DNA from: an uncultured Bacteroides sp.
GTDB lineage: Bacteria; Bacteroidota; Bacteroidia; Bacteroidales; JACABE01
Assembly: GCA_964422385.1 (NCBI GenBank)
Contig: CAYRBL010000001.1
Location: 19,999-83,998, forward strand
Length of the DNA: 64,000 nucleotides
Reading direction: 5' to 3'
This document shows positions 11,238 through 20,960 of the stretch, piece by piece; within the stretch, counting starts at the first letter, position 1, and the number at the start of each line of letters is the position of its first letter. The notes under the pieces were generated by a model, which saw only the letters and a program-made list of their open reading frames with translations, was not told where the DNA came from and ran no database searches. A program made the position numbers and the translations under genes.

Positions 11238-12224
11238 ATGATTATGGCAGACTTAGACAGCATCTTTGATGACGATTTAGAACTAGATAAACCTTTAGAT
11301 GAAGGCGGTGAGTACATCGAACCATCTGTGGATCCCGATAATTTTTTTGATGATGAACCAATTCCAGCAGGAACAGGTGATTCTGTATTAGATGAATATC
11401 TTAAGAGTAGAGGAGTGACAAATTCCACTGTTACAATATTAGATGATAACGCTGAAGAAAAAGAAGTTAATTTTTATGATCTAAGTAAAGATGAACAGCT
11501 GGAGATATTAAATTCAATTTCACAGAATGAGTCAGACACTGACTTGGATGAAAATGAAATAGAGTTAATAAATCATTTAAGATCTAATAACTTATCATGG
11601 AATGATTATTTGGAAGGTTATAAAAAATCAATTATTGATGAACTTGGAGTTCAACCTACTCAAACTTATGATATAGACGCTTACGATGACCAAGAACTTT
11701 ATCTGTTAGATTTAAAACAAAAATATGATTTATCAGACGAAGAGCTTTCAAAGGAGCTTGAAAAAGAATTACAAGATGAAACACTTTTCAAAAAGAAAGT
11801 GGACGTTCTTAGAGCAGAATATAAACAGCTAGAAGATCAATATAACGAGAATCAACAAGCAGAATTCGAGAAACAAAGAGAAGAACAATACAATCAGTTT
11901 TCGGACACGATGGTTAATGTTGCTTTGCAAACTCCAGAGTTCTACGGAATTGAATTAGAAGATGATGAGAAAAATGAGGTTCTTTCATTCCTGTTAGATT
12001 TAGACGAGAATGGAACAAGTGATTTTTATAAAAGCCTAAACGATCCAAAGAAGCTCTATGAAGCTGCATGGTTCTTACGTTATGGGAAAGAGTCATTCGA
12101 CGCTTTAAAAAATGCATATGAATCTGAGATAGCGAAGTTAAAGAAGCCAGATAAACCCAGTGCTGTAAGAAGAACAACATCTCCTACAGACAAACAAACA
12201 AACAGTATTCACGACTTATTTTAA
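11238..12224 (+). CDS. acidic coiled-coil protein, scaffold-like (328 aa)
   Basis: Track ORF (alternative ATG at 11244). Very D/E-rich with heptad-like segments (KKKVDVLRAEYKQLEDQYNENQQAEFEKQREEQ). Lies directly upstream of the capsid protein candidate. No TGA. Confidence 0.5.
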   Translation: MIMADLDSIFDDDLELDKPLDEGGEYIEPSVDPDNFFDDEPIPAGTGDSVLDEYLKSRGVTNSTVTILDDNAEEKEVNFYDLSKDEQLEILNSISQNESDTDLDENEIELINHLRSNNLSWNDYLEGYKKSIIDELGVQPTQTYDIDAYDDQELYLLDLKQKYDLSDEELSKELEKELQDETLFKKKVDVLRAEYKQLEDQYNENQQAEFEKQREEQYNQFSDTMVNVALQTPEFYGIELEDDEKNEVLSFLLDLDENGTSDFYKSLNDPKKLYEAAWFLRYGKESFDALKNAYESEIAKLKKPDKPSAVRRTTSPTDKQTNSIHDLF

Positions 12225-12236
12225 AACTAGATTACT

Positions 12237-13667
12237 ATGGTAGTAGCAAGTTACGTAACCGTAAAGCCAGAATTGGCACACAGTAGAACTTATGAAGATT
12301 TCTACAAATTATTAGGAACACGTCCTAAAATGATGGGAGTTATGGCCCGCATGTATACACATAATACAGCGACTTTCTTAACAGAAGCCTTAATGAACAT
12401 TTATTATAATCAAAAAACAGCTAACAAATTCCAACCAATTAACTCGTTAATGATCGAGTGGGAAATTGATGTTGAGTTCGTTAAAAGAGTTGAGTTCGCA
12501 GCTGCTCCAACTGGAGACGGAACTAACGGTTCTGATATCTTAATGTATTTCAAAGAAAGATATTATGAAAAATATGATACATTCAAAGTAGACGGTTCTC
12601 GTCAACAACTGATTGTAAAAACAACTCCTGTTAGAAAAGCAGATAATTTCTGGGAATATACAGTTCAATTAATTGACTCTGATTTCTCATCAATCTTAGA
12701 CACATCGTATTGCCAAATTGGTGGTACTACAAGATTCTTATCTAACATCATGCCTGAATATCATGAAGAAGGATATACAAAATATCAATCTAATATTGAA
12801 AAACACCGTAACTGGATTACAGAACATAGAAATGACATTTCTTATTCCGCTCGTTACGCACAAGCTGAAGATCAATTTATTAAAATCGCACAAGGCGAAG
12901 GCGCTGGCGAATTAAAAGAAAAGATCTTTAAACTAAATAAAATAGAAAAAGACTTACTAGAAAACTTCCAAACTGTAAAAAATAACCACTTACTATGGGG
13001 AAAAACTACAATGGATAAAAATGGTAAATCTACAGTACAAACTGAAGATGGTCGTCCACTTATCGCAGGTGATGGTCTTATTCCACAAATCGAAAGATTC
13101 GCATCTAAATACAAATACGCTAAACTTAACGTAAATGTAATTAACACAGTGATTGACCAAATGAATCAAAAAGCTGCTAATGCAACTGGTAACAGTTATA
13201 CATTCGTAGTTAATGATAGACTATGGGGACAAATCAATACAACTTTAGGAGACTGGTTGAAACTTTGGGGATCTACTCCAACAATGATGTATTCTAAAGC
13301 TGCTCAATCAATGGTGAAAGCTGACAACCCTATCAAAGTAGGTGGAACATTTGTATCTTACGAGATTGCAGGTAACCACGTAACTTTCATGGTTGACCGT
13401 GCTCTTACAAAAGAGTATGATAGAAAAGGTTATGGTATCTGTTTAGACATGTCTCCAGACGTATCTACTAACCAACCTGCTATCGCAGCATTTACTTTAG
13501 AAGGTGCTGAATTCGTTACTTCTAAATACCCAGGTGTTGGTGGAGTAGATGGTATCACTAGTGGTATCGTATCTAGCCCAGTAGCAGGATCTAAATTGAT
13601 CGTAGCTGGTTATTCTGGTATCGCAGCATTTGCACCTTACAAATCATTCATTATTGAAGAAGTGTAA
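12237..13667 (+). CDS. major capsid protein candidate (476 aa)
   Basis: Size and position (after the scaffold-like gene, before a strong terminator) fit an MCP. The composition resembles crAss-like major capsid proteins as I remember them. All 7 Trp are TGG. TAA stop. Confidence 0.7.
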   Translation: MVVASYVTVKPELAHSRTYEDFYKLLGTRPKMMGVMARMYTHNTATFLTEALMNIYYNQKTANKFQPINSLMIEWEIDVEFVKRVEFAAAPTGDGTNGSDILMYFKERYYEKYDTFKVDGSRQQLIVKTTPVRKADNFWEYTVQLIDSDFSSILDTSYCQIGGTTRFLSNIMPEYHEEGYTKYQSNIEKHRNWITEHRNDISYSARYAQAEDQFIKIAQGEGAGELKEKIFKLNKIEKDLLENFQTVKNNHLLWGKTTMDKNGKSTVQTEDGRPLIAGDGLIPQIERFASKYKYAKLNVNVINTVIDQMNQKAANATGNSYTFVVNDRLWGQINTTLGDWLKLWGSTPTMMYSKAAQSMVKADNPIKVGGTFVSYEIAGNHVTFMVDRALTKEYDRKGYGICLDMSPDVSTNQPAIAAFTLEGAEFVTSKYPGVGGVDGITSGIVSSPVAGSKLIVAGYSGIAAFAPYKSFIIEEV

Positions 13668-13678
13668 GTAATTAATTA

Positions 13679-13712
13679 GGGAGAGGTCCGCCTCTCCCTT
13701 ATTTAGATTTTT
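13679..13712 (+). terminator. rho-independent terminator after the capsid gene
   Basis: Perfect 8-bp GC-rich stem GGGAGAGG (13679-86), loop TCCG, CCTCTCCC (13691-98), followed by TTATTTAGATTTTT. Confidence 0.8.
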
Positions 13713-13750
13713 ACTATTAAGATAGAAAATAACAAAAATATATAATATAA

Positions 13751-14647
13751 ATGAATATGAGTAATGAAATAATTCTTAGAAGTGCTTATGGAAAAGTGAA
13801 TCAAACCTACTTTATCCAACCATGCCCAAATCCAAAAACAGGTAAATTGCCAGCATGTGTAAAGACAGTTGATTCAAATGGTGACATGATTTTGTCAGAA
13901 GAAGATGTTAGAAAAATGAGTAAAGGTGAAGCCCACTTTATTGCGGCTAACCAAGTATTCGAAATCGTAGATGGTACAAGTTTTGACCTTGATGATGTAA
14001 TTGATAAAGCAAAGTGGGAGTCAATTGAACATTGTAATTGGATTGCTAAAGATAGATTCCAACGAGACCAAGATGGTAATTTAATCATTGATGGTAATGC
14101 TAGAAAATATGGTGTAGCTGATTTATATGTTGAACGCCCAGGCGAACTTACAAAAGCTAAGCTGGATAAAAAACAACTTATCTTTAGAGCATCACAATAT
14201 ATCTACGAAGACTCTGAAGTTGAGAGAATCAAAAAATGTAGAGTTTTAGGACGTAACCTTAACAACGCTATTCCAGCTGACATACTTGATTATTTAATTG
14301 AAACAGCAGAAAAGACTCCTAAAAAGATTATTGATCTTTATGAAGGAGAAGATTGGAAAATGCATTTATTCTTATTAGATGCAATTGATCGCGGAGTAAT
14401 CCGTAGAGCAGATGGTATCTATAAATATGATGATAAAATGTTAGGTGGTTCTATGGAAGCTACAATAACATTCCTAAGAGATATTAGATTTAAGAAAATG
14501 TTAGATTCCATCAAACGTGAGACTTACCCAGAATTACAACCTAAACAAGTAATTCAAGAGATGGAAGAAGATTTCACTAAAGATATTCCTTACTTTGAAG
14601 ACGAGCAAAAAGCAGAATCTACAAAGAAAGTACAAACAAAAAAATAA
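13751..14647 (+). CDS. head-module hypothetical protein (298 aa)
   Basis: Track ORF, no TGA, TAA stop. Syntenic with the conserved genes downstream of the MCP in podophage head modules. Confidence 0.7.
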   Translation: MNMSNEIILRSAYGKVNQTYFIQPCPNPKTGKLPACVKTVDSNGDMILSEEDVRKMSKGEAHFIAANQVFEIVDGTSFDLDDVIDKAKWESIEHCNWIAKDRFQRDQDGNLIIDGNARKYGVADLYVERPGELTKAKLDKKQLIFRASQYIYEDSEVERIKKCRVLGRNLNNAIPADILDYLIETAEKTPKKIIDLYEGEDWKMHLFLLDAIDRGVIRRADGIYKYDDKMLGGSMEATITFLRDIRFKKMLDSIKRETYPELQPKQVIQEMEEDFTKDIPYFEDEQKAESTKKVQTKK

Positions 14648-14657
14648 AATTAATTAA

Positions 14658-15800
14658 ATGACAGCAAAGCAAGTCTTTGAGTATGCTTTAGTTGAATTAA
14701 ATAAAAAAGATGCTCCAAGTTTATTGCTAGAGGATTATAATTATTTTATTAACAAAGCAGCAAATCAATACATCAATAAGATGTATAATGCATACGATGT
14801 CAATCAACAAAAGACTGATGATTTAAGAGTTTTAAAAAGCTCCGCAGTGTTAATACCATCACAATCATCTAATTGGTCTGCTTCTAATTTGTTAAACAAT
14901 ACTTACGAAGTTGATTTACCTGATGATTATTTACATATTTTAAATTGTGTTGTAGAATACACAGTGCTTAAAAACTATAAGTGTTATAATGCAGGTACTC
15001 CTTGGCAACAAGGGGCTAAAAGAATTACTGCAGATATGTGGTCTCAATTAATTCATAATTATTATTTACGCCCGTCATATAAGAATCCATACTTTTATAT
15101 AAATAATATAACTACAGATTCTATATTTCCAACTGCTGATAACCAAGTTAGCATTGCCACTAAAACAACTATTGTTTTAGATGAAATTGGCGACATTGTG
15201 CCAAATGACACAATCACGATTAATGGAGTTACATATACATTTAAAACTACACCAACATTACCGTTTGGGGTCAAATGTTCATATGGTGCGGTTACTGAAT
15301 ATTCAAGCTTAACATATTTAAAATTTAAATTGTTAGAATCAACAGACCCTGTTATTACTAGAAACACATACAGTGGATCTTTAATAATTTCTGGTTATGA
15401 ATTAACAGTAACTCATACTTGTGGTGGTGATGTAGATGTAGTTACTACATCTGGAAATGATTTAGTACAACGTAGTGAAGATATTAGATATGGGAATAAG
15501 TCTAAAATTAGAATGGAAATTCGTTATGGTAAGGATTCTTCTACATTTGGCCTGTCAAAAGTTTATATTGATTATTTAAAAACCCCACAATTCATCAGAT
15601 TGACACAAGACGAGATTGATGAAGTTGAAGATACATCACAGATATTAGAATTTCCTGATTATGTATGTCAAGAGATTGTAAATGAATTGGTTAAATTATT
15701 AATGGAAAATTCAAGTGATCCAAGATTACAAACAAATATCCCAATTAATCAATCAATTGCTTCTCCACAAGCACAACAAGAAGCTCCACGAAAACGATAG
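14658..15800 (+). CDS. head-module hypothetical protein (380 aa)
   Basis: Track ORF, no TGA, TAG stop. Confidence 0.7.
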   Translation: MTAKQVFEYALVELNKKDAPSLLLEDYNYFINKAANQYINKMYNAYDVNQQKTDDLRVLKSSAVLIPSQSSNWSASNLLNNTYEVDLPDDYLHILNCVVEYTVLKNYKCYNAGTPWQQGAKRITADMWSQLIHNYYLRPSYKNPYFYINNITTDSIFPTADNQVSIATKTTIVLDEIGDIVPNDTITINGVTYTFKTTPTLPFGVKCSYGAVTEYSSLTYLKFKLLESTDPVITRNTYSGSLIISGYELTVTHTCGGDVDVVTTSGNDLVQRSEDIRYGNKSKIRMEIRYGKDSSTFGLSKVYIDYLKTPQFIRLTQDEIDEVEDTSQILEFPDYVCQEIVNELVKLLMENSSDPRLQTNIPINQSIASPQAQQEAPRKR

Positions 15801-15836
15801 ATAACCCGTTTAAAACAAACATAAAATTTTAGAAAA

Positions 15837-16928
15837 ATGTTTAATTACACAACAACAACAATTTTAAACTCAAACTTAGATTCGAGTGGCTTAACTAAAG
15901 TTACAGGCTCTTCTGCAGGAGTTAACGTTCTTAGAGTAAACAACTTTAAGAAAGCAGGTATTGTAAGCGTTTATAAAAGACCTTACGCAGCAGGTGTAGC
16001 GGAAATTGCGAAAGTAACTATCCCTACAGTAACAGCTGGAAAAGTAATTAGATTAACAGTAGACATCAGACTGTCTCAACAAACAGATTCTGAATATGCT
16101 AACACATATTTATATTTCAAAAAACCAGTTGTTGTAGAAGTACTTGCTACAGGAACTGCTGCAACAGATGCAACTGCATTAGCTGCTGCATTTAATGGTT
16201 TAAAAACTGAATTTGGTTTTGGTTATTGCATTGCTGCAAAAATCAATACAGCTGATGTTCAAGTTACAGCTATTAACAACAACCAAAGATTTTGGGCAAT
16301 GACTGTTGAATCAGATAAAGCCAGCACTAACTCATTAATTCAACCAGAATATGATGATATTACAGCTAGCACTTTCTCTGTAACAAGACCAGGTTCTGTA
16401 GGATTTGGAGATGATGAATATATGGTTAAATCTATTATGTACCCAACTTACGAAAATACTCGTTACTTTGGTACAAACAAAGAAGAAAGACCAATCCTTG
16501 GTGGTAACTATACACAATACACATTAAGATATTCAATCGACAAAAATGTAGATTATAATATTGGTATCGCTGGTATGGGACAAAAATCTATTACTAATCA
16601 CGTATTCTATGTTAAATCAGATGTAGTTGCTGCTTTTGAAGCTGCTTTACAAACTGCAGCTGTTGATGTAGTAACAATTGGTGGTGACCAAGATTTAATC
16701 ATCGTTGGGGATCAAACAGTAGCAGCTAGCGCTGGTGCAACTCAATACACTGTATTGAATGCTTTAGCAGGAGAAACTGTTAACTGGACTAACTCAACAT
16801 TAACTGGAACTACTTCAGCTAATACTACAGGTATCTTAACAGTAGGTTCTACAACTGGAACAACTACATTGACTGCAACTGGAGCAACTTCAGGAAGAGT
16901 AGCCACAATGGTTATTACAGTAGTTTAA
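15837..16928 (+). CDS. capsid-associated protein with C-terminal bacterial Ig-like (Big_2) domain (363 aa)
   Basis: C-terminal approx 90 aa (nt approx 16659-16925): VNWTNSTL..SANTTGILTVGSTTGTTTLTATGATSGRVATMVITV matches the Big_2 pattern. Followed by a strong terminator. Confidence 0.65.
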   Translation: MFNYTTTTILNSNLDSSGLTKVTGSSAGVNVLRVNNFKKAGIVSVYKRPYAAGVAEIAKVTIPTVTAGKVIRLTVDIRLSQQTDSEYANTYLYFKKPVVVEVLATGTAATDATALAAAFNGLKTEFGFGYCIAAKINTADVQVTAINNNQRFWAMTVESDKASTNSLIQPEYDDITASTFSVTRPGSVGFGDDEYMVKSIMYPTYENTRYFGTNKEERPILGGNYTQYTLRYSIDKNVDYNIGIAGMGQKSITNHVFYVKSDVVAAFEAALQTAAVDVVTIGGDQDLIIVGDQTVAASAGATQYTVLNALAGETVNWTNSTLTGTTSANTTGILTVGSTTGTTTLTATGATSGRVATMVITVV

Positions 16929-16952
16929 TCTTAATTGATAACTTTCTTAAAA

Positions 16953-16984
16953 GGAGCGAGCAGCACTTGCTCGTTCCTTTTTTT
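16953..16984 (+). terminator. rho-independent terminator
   Basis: GGAGCGAGCA (16953-62), loop GCACT, TGCTCGTTCC (16968-77). This gives a 10-bp stem with one G-U pair, followed by TTTTTTT. Confidence 0.8.
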
Positions 16985-16996
16985 ATTTAAACTAAT

Positions 16997-17665
16997 ATGA
17001 TAAATAAACTAGCATCAGCAATATACAATGATATAGTTTCTGGTCTTGCCGGGATTACATCAACACCATCAATATCACTTGACCAATTAGAAGATGATAT
17101 TGTTGACGAAAGACTTCAGATAATAAAGGAATATGCTGCAAAGAATTTAGTTCCTAGAAACGATTTATTGATGTCAATAAATTGCATTCAGTTAGATTGT
17201 CTATCATTAGACAAATGTCCATGCGGAGATAAAACATATTCCAAACCACAATTGCATTTTGAATTACCACAAATCGTAAATGATATGGGTGCAGATGCAG
17301 TCGAATTTATTGGTGCAGTAGACAGAGAAGTATTCTTTAAAGTTTACACAAACACCTCATATCAATTTCACAAATATTTAAAACGTGGGGCACAACGTCC
17401 TTTCGTTTATATTGAACCCACTCCTAATACAAATAACATGTATGATGCATGGGTATTCGGAGCACCATTATTAAAAACTCTTACAGTAATTGCAATCTTT
17501 AAAGATCCAAGACAATTAATGCAATATGATTGCTGCGCAGGAGATGATATCGAAAATTATTCTTTTATCTCTGCTGAAATTAAAAAACGCCTTACTGAAA
17601 AGAAAATAAGATATTACCGTAGTTTAGCGGTACAACCAACGCCAAATAATCAAGCCCCAAAATAA
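16997..17665 (+). CDS. head/neck-module hypothetical protein (222 aa)
   Basis: Track ORF, no TGA. TAA overlaps the ATG of the next gene. Confidence 0.65.
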   Translation: MINKLASAIYNDIVSGLAGITSTPSISLDQLEDDIVDERLQIIKEYAAKNLVPRNDLLMSINCIQLDCLSLDKCPCGDKTYSKPQLHFELPQIVNDMGADAVEFIGAVDREVFFKVYTNTSYQFHKYLKRGAQRPFVYIEPTPNTNNMYDAWVFGAPLLKTLTVIAIFKDPRQLMQYDCCAGDDIENYSFISAEIKKRLTEKKIRYYRSLAVQPTPNNQAPK

Positions 17666-18384
17666 TGTATAGTGGGATAATATATAAATATACTTCGCCA
17701 TCAGGCAAAATATATATAGGACAGACATGTAATGAATATAGAAGAAGAAAACAATTCCTTAATATTAAGGGTACATATAGCTCTCCTAAAATAGACAACG
17801 CTAGGAAAAAATATAAACCTGAAAATTTTTTATATGAAGTTTTATATCAACACAAATCAAATAATAAAAAAGAACTGATTGATATATTAAATGAAAAAGA
17901 AATATTCTATATTAATGAATATGACTCAATAAAAATTGGATATAATTGTCAGCCTGGAGGATTATGTCTTATAAAGACAGAGGATTCCATAAAAAAGGCT
18001 ACAAAGAAAATATCTAAAATTGTACTACAGTATTCTTTAAATGGTGATTTTATAAAAGAATGGTCATCAACAATGGAAATAGAAAGAGTTTTAAATATTG
18101 ACCATACGCAAATTAGTGGTAATTGTTTAGGTAAAACCGATTATTGTCACGGATATATTTTTAAGTATAAAACTAATAAAATTATATTTAAGATTAATAA
18201 AGTAATTCCACAAAAAAGTAAAAAGAAATGCGGTATATGTCAAATAGACTTAAATGGAAATGAATTAAACAGATGGGATACTGTTACAAAAGCAGCAAAA
18301 GAACTACATATATGTAGAAATCATTTAAAAGAAATTGCGCTAGGTAGAACAGAATATAAAGGACATATTTATAAATTAATTTAA
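17665..18384 (+). CDS. GIY-YIG homing endonuclease, free-standing (239 aa)
   Basis: N-terminal GIIYKYTSPSGKIYIGQT ... R ... H ... YNCQPGG (GIY-YIG core). Two C-terminal NUMOD/IENR-like HTH repeats (EWSSTMEIERVLNIDHTQISGNCLGKT; RWDTVTKAAKELHICRNHLKEIALGRT). Confidence 0.8.
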   Translation: MYSGIIYKYTSPSGKIYIGQTCNEYRRRKQFLNIKGTYSSPKIDNARKKYKPENFLYEVLYQHKSNNKKELIDILNEKEIFYINEYDSIKIGYNCQPGGLCLIKTEDSIKKATKKISKIVLQYSLNGDFIKEWSSTMEIERVLNIDHTQISGNCLGKTDYCHGYIFKYKTNKIIFKINKVIPQKSKKKCGICQIDLNGNELNRWDTVTKAAKELHICRNHLKEIALGRTEYKGHIYKLI

Positions 18385-18390
18385 TAAACA

Positions 18391-19095
18391 ATGAGAGATT
18401 ATTCTTTTAATACAGCGTACACACAAGCAAGAGAATTATATGGATTAGAATTAGATCCAGATGTATTTGAATCAATAGGATTGATTGCTTGGGACAGAAT
18501 TGGAAATAAAGACTATAGACTATATAAATACAGTACTCAACCTATTGAAGATGCTTTAGGTTATTGGTACATAGATCTTCCTTGTAATTGTGATATTATT
18601 GAAGCAGTTACAACTAACTACGAAGATTATCAAAAAACTACACCTACTACATTAGCGGGTAATAATCAGAATGGGTGGATTGAAGGATATGTTGAATCAA
18701 GAAAATACAATACCGGTAATTTATATTCATCTGGTAAATATATTAAATATAGAGAAGAGGGAAATCGTATTATTATGAATGACCACTTTGAAGTAATTAA
18801 TATTTTCTATAAAGGCGTTGTTGTAGATGATACAGGACTACCTATGCTTAACGATAAAGAAATGGATGCAATAGCAGCTTTCTGTATTTTTGCAGATACA
18901 AGAAAGAAAGCTATCACAACTAAAGACCAAACAAGTTGGCAAATGGTTCCTTATTTAGAACAACAATGACTAATGAAATGTACTCAAGCTAGAGTACCTG
19001 ATTATATTAATCAAAATGAAATGGATGAAATCCTAAACGTAATCGCATCATGGGATAGAAAACGTTATGGTAAATCATTTAAACCAATAAGATAG
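18391..19095 (+). CDS. neck/tail-module hypothetical protein (234 aa with TGA=Trp)
   Basis: Track ORF 18391-18969 continues in frame through TGA 18967-18969 to TAG 19093-19095 (LEQQ-W-LMKCTQARVPDYINQNEMDEILNVIASWDRKRYGKSFKPIR). Confidence 0.7.
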
Positions 19096-20126
19096 TGAGA
19101 ATATTATTTAATCATGGATTAACCCCTGGAGAGATTTACACAAATACTCCTAAATCAATTATTGATAAAAAATGAAGATGAATGATCAGTCGCTATGGTA
19201 GCACTGATTCTTATGAAGATGCTATTGCTGATCCATTTAAATATTGCTTTGGTTTAATACTCCACAAAATAATTGAGGATAAAGTACGATTTAGAGTTCC
19301 AGCGAAGACTGAAGCATATATTGATTTTGAGATAGTCTCAGGCGAAAAATTCATTTCGCAGCGACAAAATGGAAGGTTCTCAGAGATTGATTTTATAGAG
19401 TCAGACTTCACTGGATACTTTCTAATGTATTATTTTAAGGCTAAGGCATACCAGAAGGCAATGCCAATTTATATTGGCGGAGAATTAAAAAGAAAATTTC
19501 TTGACAAAATTAACTCTGGTGTAAAGTTCTATACAACCAAAGATGTTACAATTGAAGATTTTATTGACCCAGTCCATGAAAGATTTCCTGATTTTACAAG
19601 AGCTGAAATCAAGAGACTACTACTTTATGGATTCAGAAGAATGCACTCAGCAATTAAGTTTGGCTGTGCAATCTCTATTAATACAAGAAAATATATTAAT
19701 TGTTTAGCTTATATAGGTAAATTAACACTAACTCCAGAAAAAAATATTAAAGAGTATAGTATAAGACGAGATAGGAAATTAAGAAAAATCGAAGGATGGA
19801 AGAAAGCTGAATTCGATGGATATTATTATATAGGTCTAAATCCTACAGGATTTGACCGCTGACTTGAAGATAATAAAACAAGTAAATCAATTGCTAAGTT
19901 CAATAATGTAATTCCTCGAAAAATACAAGAAGAAATATATTATAAAGCAAAGCATCTTCATGTGTTTAGATTTAAAAGAAAAACTTTTAAAGGGTGGGCA
20001 TATTGAGCTGATGAATTAAAGATCCGCGATTTAGAATATTTGGGAGAAGCTTATGAGCATAAATTTCATCCATCTTATAAAACATGAATAGAATTAAAAA
20101 AAGAATATGAGAAAAGAAGCAGTTAA
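19095..20126 (+). CDS. hypothetical protein (up to 343 aa with TGA=Trp); start uncertain
   Basis: Phase-0 frame opens after TAA 19080. Candidate starts are GTG 19095 (overlapping TAG as TAGTG) or ATG 19182. Five in-frame TGA (19173, 19179, 19860, approx 20005, approx 20086). TAA 20124-20126 lies 20 nt inside the next gene. Confidence 0.6.
20106..20123 (+). repeat. direct repeat, left copy (TATGAGAAAAGAAGCAGT)
   Basis: Exact 18/18 identity with 20943-20960. Confidence 0.9.
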
Positions 20127-20940
20127 TGAATATGTAGGATATGTATATAAAGTTATTAATAAAATTAATGGTAAAATTTATATTGGTGAAACTTTAAATA
20201 CATTAGAAAAACGATTTTATCAACATTGTAATGATGCTTATAATAAAACTTATTGGAATTATTACTTTTATAGAGCTGTCAGAAAATATGGAAAAGAAAA
20301 TTTTGAAATATTTGAAATACAAAAAGTTATAGATAGTGATAGAAAAATCTTGAAAAGTAAATTATTAGAATTAGAAGAAGTATATATTAAAGAATATGAT
20401 TCGTTTAATTTTGGGTATAATAGTAATAGTGGAGGTAGACATCCTCTGTATGTTAGTGCGGAAACACGAATATTACAAAGTAAAAGAAAGCTTGAAGATC
20501 CTCGAACTAAAGATAATTTAAAATACGCTAGAAGTTTTCATCATAATGAAAAAGAAGTAGTTGCTTATAATTACGAAACTGGAGAACAAATTAAAAAATT
20601 TAATTCTATTAAAGAAGCTTCTGAGTATTATAATATTGATAGAAGCGGTATTGTAAAAGTATGTAAGAAAATTACTAATTATTTAGGTAACATTGATGAT
20701 ATCAAACTTACTTGAAGATACCCTGATGATATATATGAGATAAACTATACAATTAAAGTATATGATGAATTGGGAAATCTTTTGAATAGATTTATCAGTT
20801 TTGCCGATGCTGCTAGATTTTACAATATTAAACACCAAGAAACAATTGCTAGATGTTGTCAGGGCAAAACTAAATGTACTGGTAGAAAGAAAGGTGAAAA
20901 ATTAATATGGAGATTTATAAATGATGATTTTAAATTATAA
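20107..20940 (+). CDS. GIY-YIG homing endonuclease, free-standing (277 aa with TGA=Trp)
   Basis: YVGYVYKVINKINGKIYIGET...R...H...YNSNSGG core. HTH repeats FNSIKEASEYYNIDRSGIVKVCKK and FISFADAARFYNIKHQETIARCCQGK, the second lying beyond in-frame TGA 20713-20715. TAA 20938-20940. Confidence 0.8.
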
Positions 20941-20942
20941 AT

Positions 20943-20960
20943 TATGAGAAAAGAAGCAGT
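20943..20960 (+). repeat. direct repeat, right copy (TATGAGAAAAGAAGCAGT)
   Basis: Exact 18/18 identity with 20106-20123. Confidence 0.9.

Larger units (their letters stand above)
20106..20960 (+). mobile_element. homing-endonuclease cassette bounded by an 18-nt direct repeat
   Basis: TATGAGAAAAGAAGCAGT occurs at 20106-20123 and again at 20943-20960. Both copies contain an ATG and encode MRKEAV(N). Confidence 0.55.

Noticed and set aside
12718-12915. Plus-strand alternative-frame ORFs inside larger genes (12718-12915, 32627-32890, 46676-46885)
   Set aside because: They overlap strongly supported reading frames (the MCP candidate, CDS 31765-36672 and giant protein 1). They are short and have implausible composition. 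They are chance ORFs in AT-rich sequence.
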